Below are positions 26,517-40,160 of a stretch of DNA of 64,000 nucleotides, one piece after another. This stretch comes from Octopus sinensis. Its lineage: Eukaryota. A model generated the notes under the pieces. That model worked only from the letters and a program-made list of their open reading frames with translations. It did no database searches and was not told the DNA's origin. A program made the translations under genes and the position numbers. The first letter of the stretch is position 1. Each line of letters opens with the position of its first letter. The stretch lies in contig NC_043012.1 of the NCBI RefSeq assembly GCF_006345805.1, forward strand, positions 41,664,001 to 41,728,000. The letters are read 5' to 3'.

Positions 26517-26945
26517 CAGATCGTCGCCGACTTACGACCGCAAATGGTTCCGACTGAATGGTCGTATGTCGGCCTACATACCTTTGTTTTATATTTTTAC
26601 ATTCTTAAAGTACATTCTCAGATAAATGTCACACACAGCATTCTGTATCATAGTATTATAATGGCGTTAGTCAAAGATTTCGGAGTCTCAAGTAGTCGTC
26701 TTCTAAACAAATGAATTCTTATAAACGAGGTTTCCTCGATGTCTCGCGACAGAATGGTCATCCAACACAGTGGCAATCAATAACCAAACTTAGGGGAAGC
26801 GTTTGTTATCTGACATCATCCATAGACGGGTTAATTAGTAAGAAATTAAACCCATTAGATTTCAACTGGACTATTTATTATTGCTGCCGGGAGCTGGCGC
26901 TCCAATCTTCGTAAAGTCGATCGGTCGTAAGTCGACGATGACCTG
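26517..26945. mobile_element. Tc1/pogo-type MITE with TA target duplication, nested in a SINE
   Basis: TA-cagatcgtcgccgacttacgaccg ... cggtcgtaagtcgacgatgacctg-TA terminal inverted repeats. Confidence 0.7.
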
Positions 26946-27377
26946 TATATGGAACCTAGTGTTTCAATGGTACTCAATTTATCGATCCTGAAAGGATGTA
27001 AGGCAAAGTCGACCTCGGCGACTCTCATTTGATGGAGTACTCTCGTTTTGTTGATAGCTTTACGGAACAGTAAACAATCTGTTTGTCTGTCAAATACATG
27101 GTTCACGTCTACATGGCCTAATCGTTAGGAAATAGCAGCTAAAAATGCTTCAGATTTCTCCTTACCGCTTTAAAAATGAACGACACATTAGTTTAATGTA
27201 CTCCTCGATATACATAAGACTGGAAGATCATAGTTTTTCTTCCACACCCACTTTATCTCCCTCACTAACTTTCACAATATGCCTCCTTCCACTCTCACCA
27301 TCTTTGTCTCATCTAATCGCTCCTCATTTTACTCCCTCTCACCTTCCGCTCACTCTTTTTTCTCTCTCCTCTCTCTT

Positions 27378-27417
<40 letters not shown>

Positions 27418-29185
27418 TTTCGCTTCTCTTCGCTCACTGTCACCACTTTTCTTTCTCGAAGTTCCTCAGATAATATTAAGCCCCGCCTACTCATTTAATC
27501 AATCTCAGTTTGTCTCCACCCTTTCTCTCACTCTCACTCCCTTTCTATCTCTTTCTTTTCTTCTTCTCCCTTTCTCACTCACTTTACTTCTCTTTCTCTC
27601 CCTGTTTTCTGATAACTCAAGTCTTATTTCATCTTTACTATCCTTCTTTTTAAATCTTCTCCCCCCTTCTCTTTCTCTCTCTCTCTCTCTCTTTGTATGT
27701 TAATCTGTCTACATCCTTTTCTTACTCTCTCATTCTCTCCAGCCCCTGTGTCTGTCTGTCTGTCTTTCTGTATTTCTTGTTCTTTCTCAATCTCTGAGTC
27801 ATTGTCACAAGTTTTTGTCTAAGGTTTATTTCTCTCTCTCATTCTCCGAGGGCGTAAGGAAGGCGTGTCTGTATATGTACGTGTGTGTGCGCGCGCATGT
27901 ATGCCTGTGTGTATGAACCTAAACCAGTCACTGCCCTCTTTAACAATCGCTTACTATACTTCCATTATTAACGAACCACGCCCACTTTTACTCCGCCTTG
28001 CTTTCTCAGCTACAGGTAGTCTTTACTATCAAGCTCCTCCTCCCTCCTTCCATTTTGTCTTTCACTTAGCCTCCTCCCACTACTTAACTACTCTTACCCT
28101 CTCCTTGTTAGTATTAGTCTCCGCCTTCTCTCTTACTAAATCATGGTCTTCTCCTTTCACATCCAACTACACTTTTCTTCTTCTCTACCTTTTTCAGTTA
28201 ATTACATCCAAATTTCATCCACCGCACCCTCACTACTACTACTCCAACCCACAGCATCACTATTACAACAATTATAACTGCCACTGATGGTGTAGATTCC
28301 CATTATATCGGAATTTGTGAAATAAATTCCCCCCTTCAGCAAAAAAATGTGACGTGTGTCAGTATGTATGTGAGCTACCCCACCAGCTTTTATTTTCAAA
28401 TTAAATTCCGAAATAATCGTAATCTACATACTGTGGAGGGATTTGTCGAAAATTTCATTTAAAAATAGTCATTATCCCGAAACTTATGAGGAAATAAATA
28501 CGACTCGTGTGAATTTTCTGAAAAAACTTCTCCCCGCTCTTCGAAAAAAGAAATTTTATTTCGCCACATATAAGAATCTACATCTATAACGTATTTGTAG
28601 AAAATTTGGATCTTTTCAATATCGTGGCCAGGACCGCAGATCTTTCTAGTTAACTAAATAATTTGAAACTTCGTGTATTCGTAGAGTGTCTCGAAACAAG
28701 GCTCAAGTTGGAACTAGTTTATTTGAGAAAAATCTATTTTATGACTTTAATCGTAGATTAAAACTGCGAATTTTAACCAATGAGATTACTTGTTTTCATA
28801 TTTAATACGTTACTGCATTCTGTTAGTATGACGTAGAAAGCAGTTTTGTGACGTAGGCAACTGTGCACATTTGAGGCTAATAAGCACGTGTGTTATCCAG
28901 TCTGGTTATTTTCTTGTGTTGAAGACGAAAGAGTTCACGATCATTTTACAAATTCATTTATACATACACACACACATACATACAGATACACATACACCGA
29001 GTGAATCGGCCATACATACATACATACATACACACACACACATACATACACACACATACACACACACACACACACACATACATAGATACATACACACACA
29101 CACACATGCATACATATACACATACACCGAGTAAAAAATTTAATCGTTTTGTTTACATTTCACATCCCATGTGTGACATACACAC

Positions 29186-29217
<32 letters not shown>

Positions 29218-29936
29218 ACATAGATACATACACACATACATACATACATTCATACATACATACATTCATACATATACACATACACCGAGTAAAAAATTTC
29301 ATCGTTATTGTTTTGTTTACATTTGTTTACATACCATGTTTACTACGTCACCAAATTGGTGGTCGAGACGGAGTAAATAATATGAAGCCGAAAGACGGAA
29401 TACCATTGGTTAAAATTCTAATTATTAAACAATGTTAAACTTAGAAGTTACAATTCCGTTTTCATTCTGGTTTACAATTAAGTTTACTTTTGACACATTC
29501 TACCAGTATACGAAGTTTCAAATTGTTTGGTTCAGTAGGAAAAATTTGAAAAAACTGGCTTCACAAATGAAAAGATCCCTATTTTATTATTGTTTAAACT
29601 CAAAACAACTTTGATCAAGAAGACCAATAATCAGTGGCATTCCAGCCGTGACCATCCTTCTTTGATATGTTTTATATTTCAGACAGTCTAAGACAAAACA
29701 CATTATCTAATAACCTTTCATTTTGTTAGACATACAACCTAACTTTAGGGAGATTTAGCTACTATTGCTAGCAGGTCACCTGTTTAAGGAACGCACGGCT
29801 GTTTTCTGGTAGGTCCCTTGTTCTTGTTGTTGTGGTGGTGGTCGCCTTTGTTGTTATTTATTTGTTCCTGTCTTTGTGGTTATGAAGTTAAGTTTTCGCG
29901 GTTAGCATAGTATTGCGGCTAAAGTTGCACGTAACG

Positions 29937-30033
<97 letters not shown>

Positions 30034-30432
30034 ATCCATGCTTATATACATACAGACACACACGCATGTATGTATGCATATATGTATAAGCACTCACACA
30101 TATCTGTAAATATGCTTTGATTGTACGTGTTGCTGTTCTTGATTGTGCTTGCGTGTGCACAGTGTGTGTTTGTATGCATGGTGCAAGCTATGTATGCGAT
30201 GTGGTACGGTGTGTGTGTGTGTGTGTGCGCGTGCAAGCGCAGGTTGGGGGTCAACAAAGGACGAGGACTAAGTTACGATAGCACGGAACGTTACTATCAA
30301 CACAATGAATTAATTTCGTTATTAGTGTATATCATTAGTGTTATATTTCAACCAATCAGCACGAGTTAATTAATTGCCTCCAATTAACAATCTGCTTATT
30401 TATTCTTTTCAATTAATGAACTGATATTTCAA

Positions 30433-30496
<64 letters not shown>

Positions 30497-31328
30497 TAAC
30501 AATAAATAATAATAATGATCAATACAGACAAAATCAAGTCAACAGTCTTCACCCTGAACCCTAAACTCTTAACTACGACCCCTAAACGTAACCACAACCA
30601 TAAGTCTAACCCCTAACTCTCATTTAATCCATAAAAGATAAAGATGAAAAAAAAAACAGTGGTGGGGTGGTGGGGTGTTGCAAGATTAGGGTCCAAAGGG
30701 AAAGAGTTGTGGTTTCTGTTGCACAAAAGATATGCGTTGGGGTGGGGTCTCGGCAAAAAGGTTTTGGTGGTTGCGGTTCTGTATGTGAATGTGTGTGTGG
30801 TAGGGCCAAGGGGTTGTTGTTTGGTGGTGGCGAAGGAAGTATCGTTATAGTCATGTCTGTAATATTGGCTTGACATGTGTCCTTGTGGTTGCAGCGTAGT
30901 GGTATAGTTAAGAAGTTGATTCACAGTCATAGAATCATGGGTTCGATTCTGCTTCATGGAATCTTGGTCAACTGCCTTTTAGTATCACATCGTTTCGAGT
31001 CAACACTTGAAGGTGAAAACGAGTTGCCAGAAATTGAGGAAATAAATTTCTCCGTTTCTAAAATGCTTCCAAAATGAAGAATTACGTTAGAATAGTATCC
31101 TAAAGGAATATTTGGTTACATATATACATCACGGAATTTTGTCAATGAACAGGTCGCGGTCTCAAAGCGACGAAAATATTTTGGCAAATTAAATTTAAAT
31201 GTTGAAGTGAATCTAACGGTTTTTGTCTGTTTCTTAAATGGCTTATAAACACCTTCCACGCTGCAATTGTTTTCGTTCCAGCACACGATCTCAGATCAGG
31301 TCACTTGCTATGCAAGTACATCTCCGTA

Positions 31329-31367
<39 letters not shown>

Positions 31368-31388
31368 ATATATATTATATATATAATA

Positions 31389-31570
31389 TTAATTCGAGAC
31401 AAAACCACTATTTTAAAATCAAACAAGGAAAGACTTAATCAATACATAACATTTTAATATAAATTAAATAAACCGCCACTACAATTGTAGTGGCGGTTTA
31501 TTTAATTTATATTAAAATTTTAAGTCTTTCCTTGTTTGATTTTAAAATAGTGGTTTTGTCTCGAATTATA
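31389..31570. repeat. Spacerless fold-back palindrome (Penelope-like end) in (TA)n
   Basis: Centre ccgccactacaattgtagtggcgg; outer arms taattcgagacaaaaccact / agtggttttgtctcgaatta. Confidence 0.85.
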
Positions 31571-31656
31571 TTATATACTATTTTACTATAAAATTGGATT
31601 TAACCCTAAATCTGATTTTTCCCTGTAATTTTGGATTCATTCCCAATATTTATTAT

Positions 31657-31729
<73 letters not shown>

Positions 31730-31730
31730 T

Positions 31731-32061
31731 ATTATATAGAAGGAGCTTCTACAGGACTAGAACTGTTTCATTCAAGAGAAATCTTCAGGAAGCTAGTTAA
31801 CAAGAATTGTATTGGCATTATACATTTAGGCAGGTTTAAAGGGGTGTTGGTGGGGGACTTTTTGGGGGTAGGCATAGCGCAAAATATCATACTGGGGGAG
31901 TATGATATTTTGCGCTATGCCTACCCCCAAAATGTCCCCCACCAACACCCCTTTAAACCTGCCTAAATGTATAAATGCCAATACAATTCCTGTTAACTAG
32001 CTTCCTGAAGATTTCTCTTGAATGAAACAGTTCTAGTCTGTAGAAGCTCCTTCTATATAAT
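31731..32061. mobile_element. Fold-back insert with a hammerhead in each arm
   Basis: ~160-bp inverted arms around catactggggagtatg; TA-flanked. Confidence 0.8.
31999..32048 (+). ncRNA. Type I hammerhead ribozyme (mirror copy on - strand ~31744-31794)
   Basis: agcttc-CTGAAGA-tttctcttgaat-GAAA-cag...ctg-TA-gaagct. Confidence 0.75.
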
Positions 32062-32130
32062 AAATTAATTTTACTCTGCTATGTATTGAGTACCTTATTT
32101 ACTGTGGTTAACCCCGAATCAACCCGGGAC

Positions 32131-32171
<41 letters not shown>

Positions 32172-32192
32172 ATATATTATATATATATATAT

Positions 32193-33775
32193 ACATTATT
32201 GGTGAATTGAAGAAATGGAGCTGAACGCAGATTGAACAGAAATCGTTTTATTTCATTCTTACACGTGTTTCGAAAGGCACAAATTACAAAATCCGATTGA
32301 ATAATGGGACCATATTGTGTCTTTCTCTTCAGGAAGAAAATAGGAAATCCGTTGGAAAAACAAAAACAGAACAGAGGCGGAGCAAAAACAAATCGAACTA
32401 TGCTCCTAAGAGCCCATGGCGAAACTGTTTATCAGTGTATGTTGAGAACCGGTGGCTGAAGAATTCAACGGGTCAGGCATCGGTCAATCATGTGGGTGAG
32501 GGTGTGTAGATGTTCTTTGTGACCGAGAATAAAGTTCTGACTATTTAAGGAATATTGGATGTTTTATGTCTTCACTTATGTAGGGGCCTCATCCTCAAGA
32601 TTGTCTTTGCGTGTCTCCAACCATTACGCAACTTTTCGGGACATGAACAAGCGCCAGACCACGGGACTCAGTAAGCTAATATGGCGACTGAAGGATACGA
32701 ACTTAAGCTACAGGCTGGAATGGTCAATTTTGTCGGTGGCCCTCCCATTTGATAGGGGCAGAGGGCAGTGCAACCTTTGTGTCTCCGAACTCTTCCATAT
32801 TTTGTTTGCCAGAGGCCGGATGGTAAACGGGCTTTTACAGTCGGCTTTTCGATGCCCCCATTGGCGCGTTACACTTATCTGGCTTTTAAATAGCGTTTAT
32901 AAATAATACCGGCACCATAGCCCTTGGTAACAAATTCTGAAATAGCCTTTAAGATATCTACGATTAACCACTGCAAGGGGAATTACTCCTGTAAGACAAA
33001 CGGGGCTTGGTTTTTTCACAGCGGGGGGTTTCCTTGACAAGGCAGGCTTAGATGAACACACACACACATAAAATAATATATATTTTTTTTTCTGCCACCC
33101 AACGGTTCTCACGGCAGTAGCCACTGACAGCCGAACGATCAAACGCACACACGTACACAAAAAATGTTTTCTACCCCTACGCCAACACACACATATATAG
33201 AACAGTATACACACACCACGTCTCTAAGTAGATTTTTTCTCGCCCCTTATAAAACATCCAATATTCCTTAAATAGTCAGAACTTTATTCTCGGTCACAAA
33301 GAACATCTACACACCCTCACCCACATGATTGACCGATGCCTGACCCGTTGAATTCTTCAGCCACCGGTTCTCAACATACACTGATAAACAGTTTCGCCAT
33401 GGGCTCTTAGGAGCATAGTTCGATTTGTTTTTGCTCCGCCTCTGTTCTGTTTTTGTTTTTCCAACGGATTTCCTATTTTCTTCCTGAAGAGAAAGACACA
33501 ATATGGTCCCATTATTCAATCGGATTTTGGTAATTTGTGCCTTTCGAAACACGTGTAGAATGAAATAAAACGATTTCTGTTCAATCTGCGTTCAGCTCCA
33601 TTTCTTCAATTCACCAATAATGTTTTAATTTCAATTATCCGCACCAAACGGTTGCAACACCATATGGTTGTACCTTCAACCGTGCTGTTTACTGCTGTGA
33701 TTTTTGCTACTAAGGTATCGGTTAAACTTTTGATTAATCTACTACAAGATTATTCATCTTTCTATTTCACATAAT
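32193..33775 (+). mobile_element. Penelope-like element: GIY-YIG fragment between inverted pLTR arms
   Basis: ORF 32559..32906 has YVG...R.SNH..F...T.LSKLIWRLK...W.IL...CNLC..E. Arms ~32193-32566 and ~33249-33623 are inverted. Confidence 0.8.
33477..33565 (+). ncRNA. Type I hammerhead ribozyme (mirror copy on - strand 32251-32340)
   Basis: tttcttc-CTGAAGA-gaaagacacaa...ttgtgcctttc-GAAA-cacgtg-TA-gaatgaaa; palindromic stem III. Confidence 0.8.
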
Positions 33776-33778
33776 ATA

Positions 33779-33824
<46 letters not shown>

Positions 33825-34167
33825 TAATATATATAATATAATATATATATATATATATATATAATATATTATATATATATATGTATATGTCTGTGATTAT
33901 AAATAGAGAAATATACTATGACAATATTTATTATACCGTTGGATATTCATGTCTAATAACAGTTACTTCGCAGCTTAATAAATATATAAAAATAATTTAT
34001 TTTATCATATTTTGTATTAAATAATAAATTGCTTACATGTTCTGTATTAATGTATACATAATTCTTAAATTAAAGCAGTATTAAATAAATGTAATTGAGC
34101 TTGTCCGTCAGGTTAAAAGAATCTCATATTCAAAATCTTTTGTGTCGTGTATGCATACATACATTCT

Positions 34168-34875
34168 TTTACTTGTTTCAGCCATTTGACTGTGGCCATG
34201 ATGGAGCACTGCCTTTAGTCGAGCAAATCGACCCCACGACTTATTCTAGTATACTCTTTACTCTTTTACTCTTTTACTTGTTTCAGTCATTTAACTGGGG
34301 CCATGCTGGAGCACCGCCTTTAGTCGAGCAACTCGACCCCAGAACTATTCTATCGGTCTCTTTTGCCGAACCGCTAAGTAACGGGGACATAAATACACCA
34401 GCATCGGTTGTCAAGCAATGCTAGGGGGACAAACACAGACACACAAACACACACACGCATATATATACATATATACGACGGGCTTCTTTCAGTTTCCGTC
34501 TACCAAATCCACTCACAAGGCTTTGGTCGGGCCGAGGCTATAGTAGTAGACACTTGCCCAAGGTGCCACGCAGTGGGACTGAACCCGGAACTATGTGGTT
34601 GGTAAACATGATACTTACCACACAGCCACTCCTGCGCCTATATATATTTTAGTACTTATTTTATCGTTTTTTTTGCCGAACCGCTATGTTATGGGGACGT
34701 AAATGCACCAGCATCGGTTGTCAAACGATGCTGGAGGACACACACACACATATATACGATGGGCTTCTTTCAGTGTCCGTCTACGAAATCCAATCACAAG
34801 GTGCCACGCAGAGGGACTGAACCTGGAATCATGTGGTAAGCAAGCTATTTACCACACAGCCACTCCTGCGCCTAT
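34168..34875 (-). mobile_element. Tandem or nested copies of the tRNA-derived SINE
   Basis: Reverse complement of 12596-12990. Further copies at ~40620-40910, ~59500-59880, ~60610-60995 (-) and ~63140-63285 (+). Confidence 0.8.
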
Positions 34876-35728
34876 ATATATATATAAATTCAGTGTGTTG
34901 CGTTCCACTACTTGAGAAATTAAAAAAAATGTATAAACAAACGACGTACCTTATCGTGAATGTAAAAACGGATGGGAGACAAACAGAAAGTCCATAATTC
35001 TTCATCAGTCATCGACCAATGGTACTCTTCAGTTTCGCACCTTTAACGATAAAACCGATTGCTTCTCAACTGACTGGACGTCTTCTATCTCTCTCTTCTA
35101 GAAAATATTTCTCCCAGCGTTCGCTACTTTCCCCTCGTTCTGATCAAACGACCCTCCATGTTTGTTTTCGTTCGGTTTCATTGTATGTCTCCACTGTTCT
35201 GTTTTTGTTCCCAACTTTTACCGTCCGTAAATCCCAAATTATATTTTGGTATTTATGGGAGAAACTGTCTTCGAAGACTCATACAGCCATTGAATGCTCG
35301 AAATGAGGAGTAGATAGGCAGCCGACAACTGATGAAGGGTCGTTCTTTGTGTTGCTTGTCCTGTTTTCCATTTGTTTCTCTCGTTGCTTGCGTATTTAAC
35401 TCCTTTGTTTTCGTACTTCATGTTGTTTACGTCCTGTACCCATATATGCAAATATATATATCACCTTCCAAACACGCTGGAGTTGAACTAGGGACAGCTG
35501 ATGAAGGGGAATTTTCCTTGTGTAGTTTGTTTTGTACTCTGTTTTTCCGTTGTTAAAAAAGGTCAGTTTCCATGTTTGTTTTTACGTTTTCGTTTCTCGT
35601 TGAGTTCTACGTTTATTTGTGGTGTCCTGTACTCACGTATATATATTTATATATGCATGTATATATACATGTAGATGTAGGTACGTACATATATGTATGT
35701 ATGTATGCATATATTTTATTTATTACAC

Positions 35729-35796
<68 letters not shown>

Positions 35797-36099
35797 TATG
35801 TGTGTGTGTCAGTGCATGAAACTTCCGGCCCTTGAATAACTCTTGCTTTTGCTACAGACACACACACACACTGATGTATATCCCGCCTCTGTCTTTTTTT
35901 TTTCGATAAGCAAAGTCAGCCATTTCTTTCAAACTACACCTACTACAGTTTCTCGCCACAGATCTCTTGTTATCTTCCTCTAAATGTAACTCCATCTTAC
36001 ATTTCAGTAACAACTTTCTGGGCTTGAAGTAATGGACGGCTTTGCAAAAAGAAAAATGCGATCTAAAGACTTTCATTAATCATGTGACGCCATGATTAA

Positions 36100-36222
<123 letters not shown>

Positions 36223-36334
36223 ATCTGCCTGTTTGTGTGTCTGTCTGTCTATATACATATGTGTGTGTATATGTGTGTGTATGTGTGCGCGTATGTGTGC
36301 ATGAGTGTGTGTGTATATATATATATATATACAT

Positions 36335-36381
<47 letters not shown>

Positions 36382-36392
36382 ATATAATATAT

Positions 36393-36429
<37 letters not shown>

Positions 36430-37691
36430 GCATATATTCATGCGTACAAGCATACATAGTCACACGCACGCACGCACACACACACGCGCGTATACACACA
36501 CGTATCACCTCTACCCCAACGACTACCACCACCTTAACACACCGTGCAAACCACAAACATATTATAACCTGATCCTCACATCTTATCGGATATTTAACCC
36601 AATCTTCCCCTTTTACAGTCTCACATTCACCAAAATTGATCTCGTTAAGTTGGGCCATAGTAAGGTGGAGGGGTAGGGAGGAAGGAGGGAAGTGCCTATG
36701 TATTTAGGGGTATGTAAATAGTTAGGTGGATCGAAGGGCGGTCGGTGGGTACTCGAGTCGTTAGGATGTTTGGTTAGATAACGGGTGTGTGGGTAAATTG
36801 TTTGTCTAGTTGTTAATCTCGCAGGACGAACGACGATCCACTTATCTACCCATTCACCTAATTGACCATCAACTGATCTACCCATGAACTTATCTCCCTG
36901 GATATATTCTAGCATACAAATCAACCAACCTATCTGACCTAAAAAAAAAATAAACAAACAAATCTGCTGATCGATCAGTTTGATAAACCAACCTTCATTA
37001 TCTAATCAGATAAAACTTGATCTGCCACCCTGAAATGGCGTACCCACTATTTGAAGGGTTACCTAGCCACCCGTCATACAACAACCATACCAGTCACTCG
37101 TTATCCATCTTACAACATTTCCTGTCAGCTAATAAACGCAATGGAAATTGCTGAGACAAGAAAGTATTTCGTTTCGTAGCGCCAAGGGTTTGAACAAACC
37201 ATAAGATAGGCATCAAGTGAGTCGAGATTGGAGTCTGGTTTTCATATTCGTTTGTTTAAAAGTTCACGAAATATCGAATTCTTCTAATCGAGGTGCAGAC
37301 ATGTTTGGATAGTCAACTCGTAATTTTGTGCTTTCGAATCGAAACACAATGCGTGGAACCTTGAGAAGATGAAGGACTTGGATAAAGTTTACCCTAGCTT
37401 TCGGTCGAGTAATGTTTTGTGAGTAAAACTTAGTGAAAGGAAACTGTGGGGAAGCTTTTCAAAAACACAATATTTGTTTTAATGTAGCTGACTTAGCTCG
37501 TCGCACTGTTAAACACCACCACCTAGTCTTTTAGTGCCTTTGTTTATGTGGAATGTTTTTATTCTTGCCGAGTCGGTCGGTCACTTCTCTGAAGAATAAT
37601 GAGCGACTGACTCCAACAAAATTTTATTAACGAGTATCAATGTATATATACATACATATATATGAGTATGTATATATACATACATATATAT

Positions 37692-37737
<46 letters not shown>

Positions 37738-37739
<2 letters not shown>

Positions 37740-40129
37740 CAATATAGGATGAAGTCCCTTACTCTACAGCAAAGGAATTCATCAGGAAGCGTGGCAGTAT
37801 ATTTTAAAAAAACCGTTACGGTTGCAATAACATCATATAATAAGGGCTAAAGAGGGTTATTCTAAAGCCAAATACACTGCTTTATCCACTTATAATCCGC
37901 TTGTTACAGGAAAATTGAAACTGAAAACGGGCAACTAACTTTAGAAAATTTAAATTTCGTTATCTCTATATTGAATCAATTTCGGACTTAATCTTATAAA
38001 AAAGATATATTCCTTCTTCAGTAGAAATTTCGATGGGATATAAATAAAATACTCACGTATGATCATGGAAAAAGCACAAGCTAAAAACATAACTACACTT
38101 GAGTACATCATTTATATCTAAAAATAAAAATTCTTTGGTCAGCCTCAGAAAACAACGTCCAGACCTTTCGCCGCTACAAATTGTAATGGTTACCAGTCCT
38201 CCTGTAGCAAGCATCGAGTTTACTACTAAGCAATATAGGATGAAGTCCCTTACTCTACAGCAAAGGAATTCATCAGGAAGCGTGGGCAGTATATTTTAAA
38301 AAAACCGTTACGGTTGCAATATACATCATATAATTAAGGGCTAAAGAGGGTTATTCTAAAGCCAAATACACTGCTTTATCCACTTATAATCCGCTTGTTA
38401 CAGGAAAATTGAAACTGAAAACGGGCAACTAACCTTTAGAAAATTTAAATTTCGTTATCTCTATATTGAATCAATTTCGGACTTAATCTTATAAAAAAGA
38501 TATATTCCTTCTTCAGTAGAAAATTCGATGGGATATAATAAAAATAACTCACGTATGATCATGGAAAAAGCACAAGCTAAAACACACTACACTTGAGTAC
38601 ATCATTTATATCTAAAAATAAAAATTCTTTAGCTCTTTAGCCCTTAATTATATGATGTATATTGCAACCGTAACGGTTTTTTTAAAATATACTGCCACAC
38701 GCTCCTGAATGAATTCCTTGCTGGAGTAAGGGACTTCATCTATATTGCTTAGTAGTAAACTCGATGCTTGCTACAGGAGGACTGGTAACCATTACAATTT
38801 GTAGCGGCGAAAGGTCGGGACGTTGTTTTCTGAGCCTGACCAAAGAATTTTTATTTTTAGATATAAATGATGTACTCAAGTGTAGTTATGTTTTTAGCTT
38901 GTGCTTTTTCCATGATCATACGTGAGTATTTTATTTATATCCCATCGAAATTTCTACTGAAGAGGAATATATCTTTTTTATAAGATTAAGTCCGAAATTG
39001 ATTCAATATAGAGATAACGAAATTTAAATTTTCTAAAGGTTAGTGCCCGTTTTCAGTTTCAATTTTCCTGTAACAAGCGGTTATAAGTGGATAAAGCGCA
39101 GTGTATTTGGCTTTAGAATAACCCTCTTTAGCCCTTAATTATATGATGTGTTATTGCAACCGTAACGGTTTTTTTAAAATATACTGCCCACGCTTCCTGA
39201 TGAATTCCTTTGCTGTAGAGTAAGGGACTTCAGCCCTATATTGCTTAGTAGTAAACTCGATGCTTGCTACAGGAGGACTGGAACCATTACAATTTGTAGC
39301 GGCGAAAGGTCTGGACGTTGTTTTCTGAGGCTGACCAAAGAATTTTTATTTTTAGATATAAATGATGTACTCAAGTGTAGTTATGTTTTTAGCTTGTGCT
39401 TTTTCCATGATCATACGTGAGTATTTTATTTATATCCCATCGAAATTTCTACTGAAGAAGGAATATATTTTTTTATAAGATTAAGTCCGAAATTGATTCA
39501 ATATAGAGATAACGAAATTTAAATTTTCTAAAGGTTAGTTGCCCGTTTTCAGTTTCAATTTTCCTGTAACAAGCGGATTATAAGTGGATAAAGCAGTGTA
39601 TTGGCTTTAGAATAACCCTCTTTAGCCCTTAATTATATGATGTATATTGCAACCGTAACGGTTTTTTTAAAATATACTGCCCACGCTTCCTGATGAATTC
39701 CTTTGCTGTAGAGTATAGGGACTTCATCCTATATTGCTTAGTAGTAAACTCGATGCTTGCTACAGGAGGACTGGTAACCATTACAATTTGTAGCGCGAAA
39801 GGTCTGGACGTTGTTTTCTGAGGCTGACCAAAGAATTTTTATTTTTAGATATAAATGATGTCTCAAGTGTAGTTATGTTTTTAGCTTGTGCTTTTTCCAT
39901 GATCATACGTGAGTATTTTATTTATATCCCATCGAATTTCTACTGAAGAAGGAATATATCTTTTTTATAGATTAAGTCCGAAATTGATTCAATATAGAGA
40001 TAACGAAATTTAAATTTTCTAAGGTTAGTTGCCCGTTTTCAGTTTCAATTTTCCTGTAACAAGCGGATATAAGTGGATAAAGCAGTGTATTTGGCTTTAG
40101 AATAAACCTCTTTAGCCCTTAATTATATG

Positions 40130-40131
<2 letters not shown>
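37738..40131. repeat. ~495-bp tandem array (~1.8 units on -, then ~3 units on +), one hammerhead per unit; retrozyme-like
   Basis: agcaatatagg at 37738 and 38229. Orientation flips at ~38630. ctctttagccc at ~38633, 39124, 39618 and 40108. TA tracts on both sides. Confidence 0.9.
38950..39015 (+). ncRNA. Type I hammerhead ribozyme (further copies 39445-39510 +, 39936-40001 +, 37962-38028 -, 38457-38523 -)
   Basis: atttcta-CTGAAGA-gga...atctt....aagat...tcc-GAAA-ttgattcaa-TA-tagagat. Confidence 0.8.

Positions 40132-40160
<29 letters not shown>

Noticed and set aside
39190-39240. Second CTGATGA in each 495-bp unit as another hammerhead
   Set aside because: It is sequestered in a hairpin (gatgaa...ttcatc in most units) and has no correctly placed GAAA or stem III.
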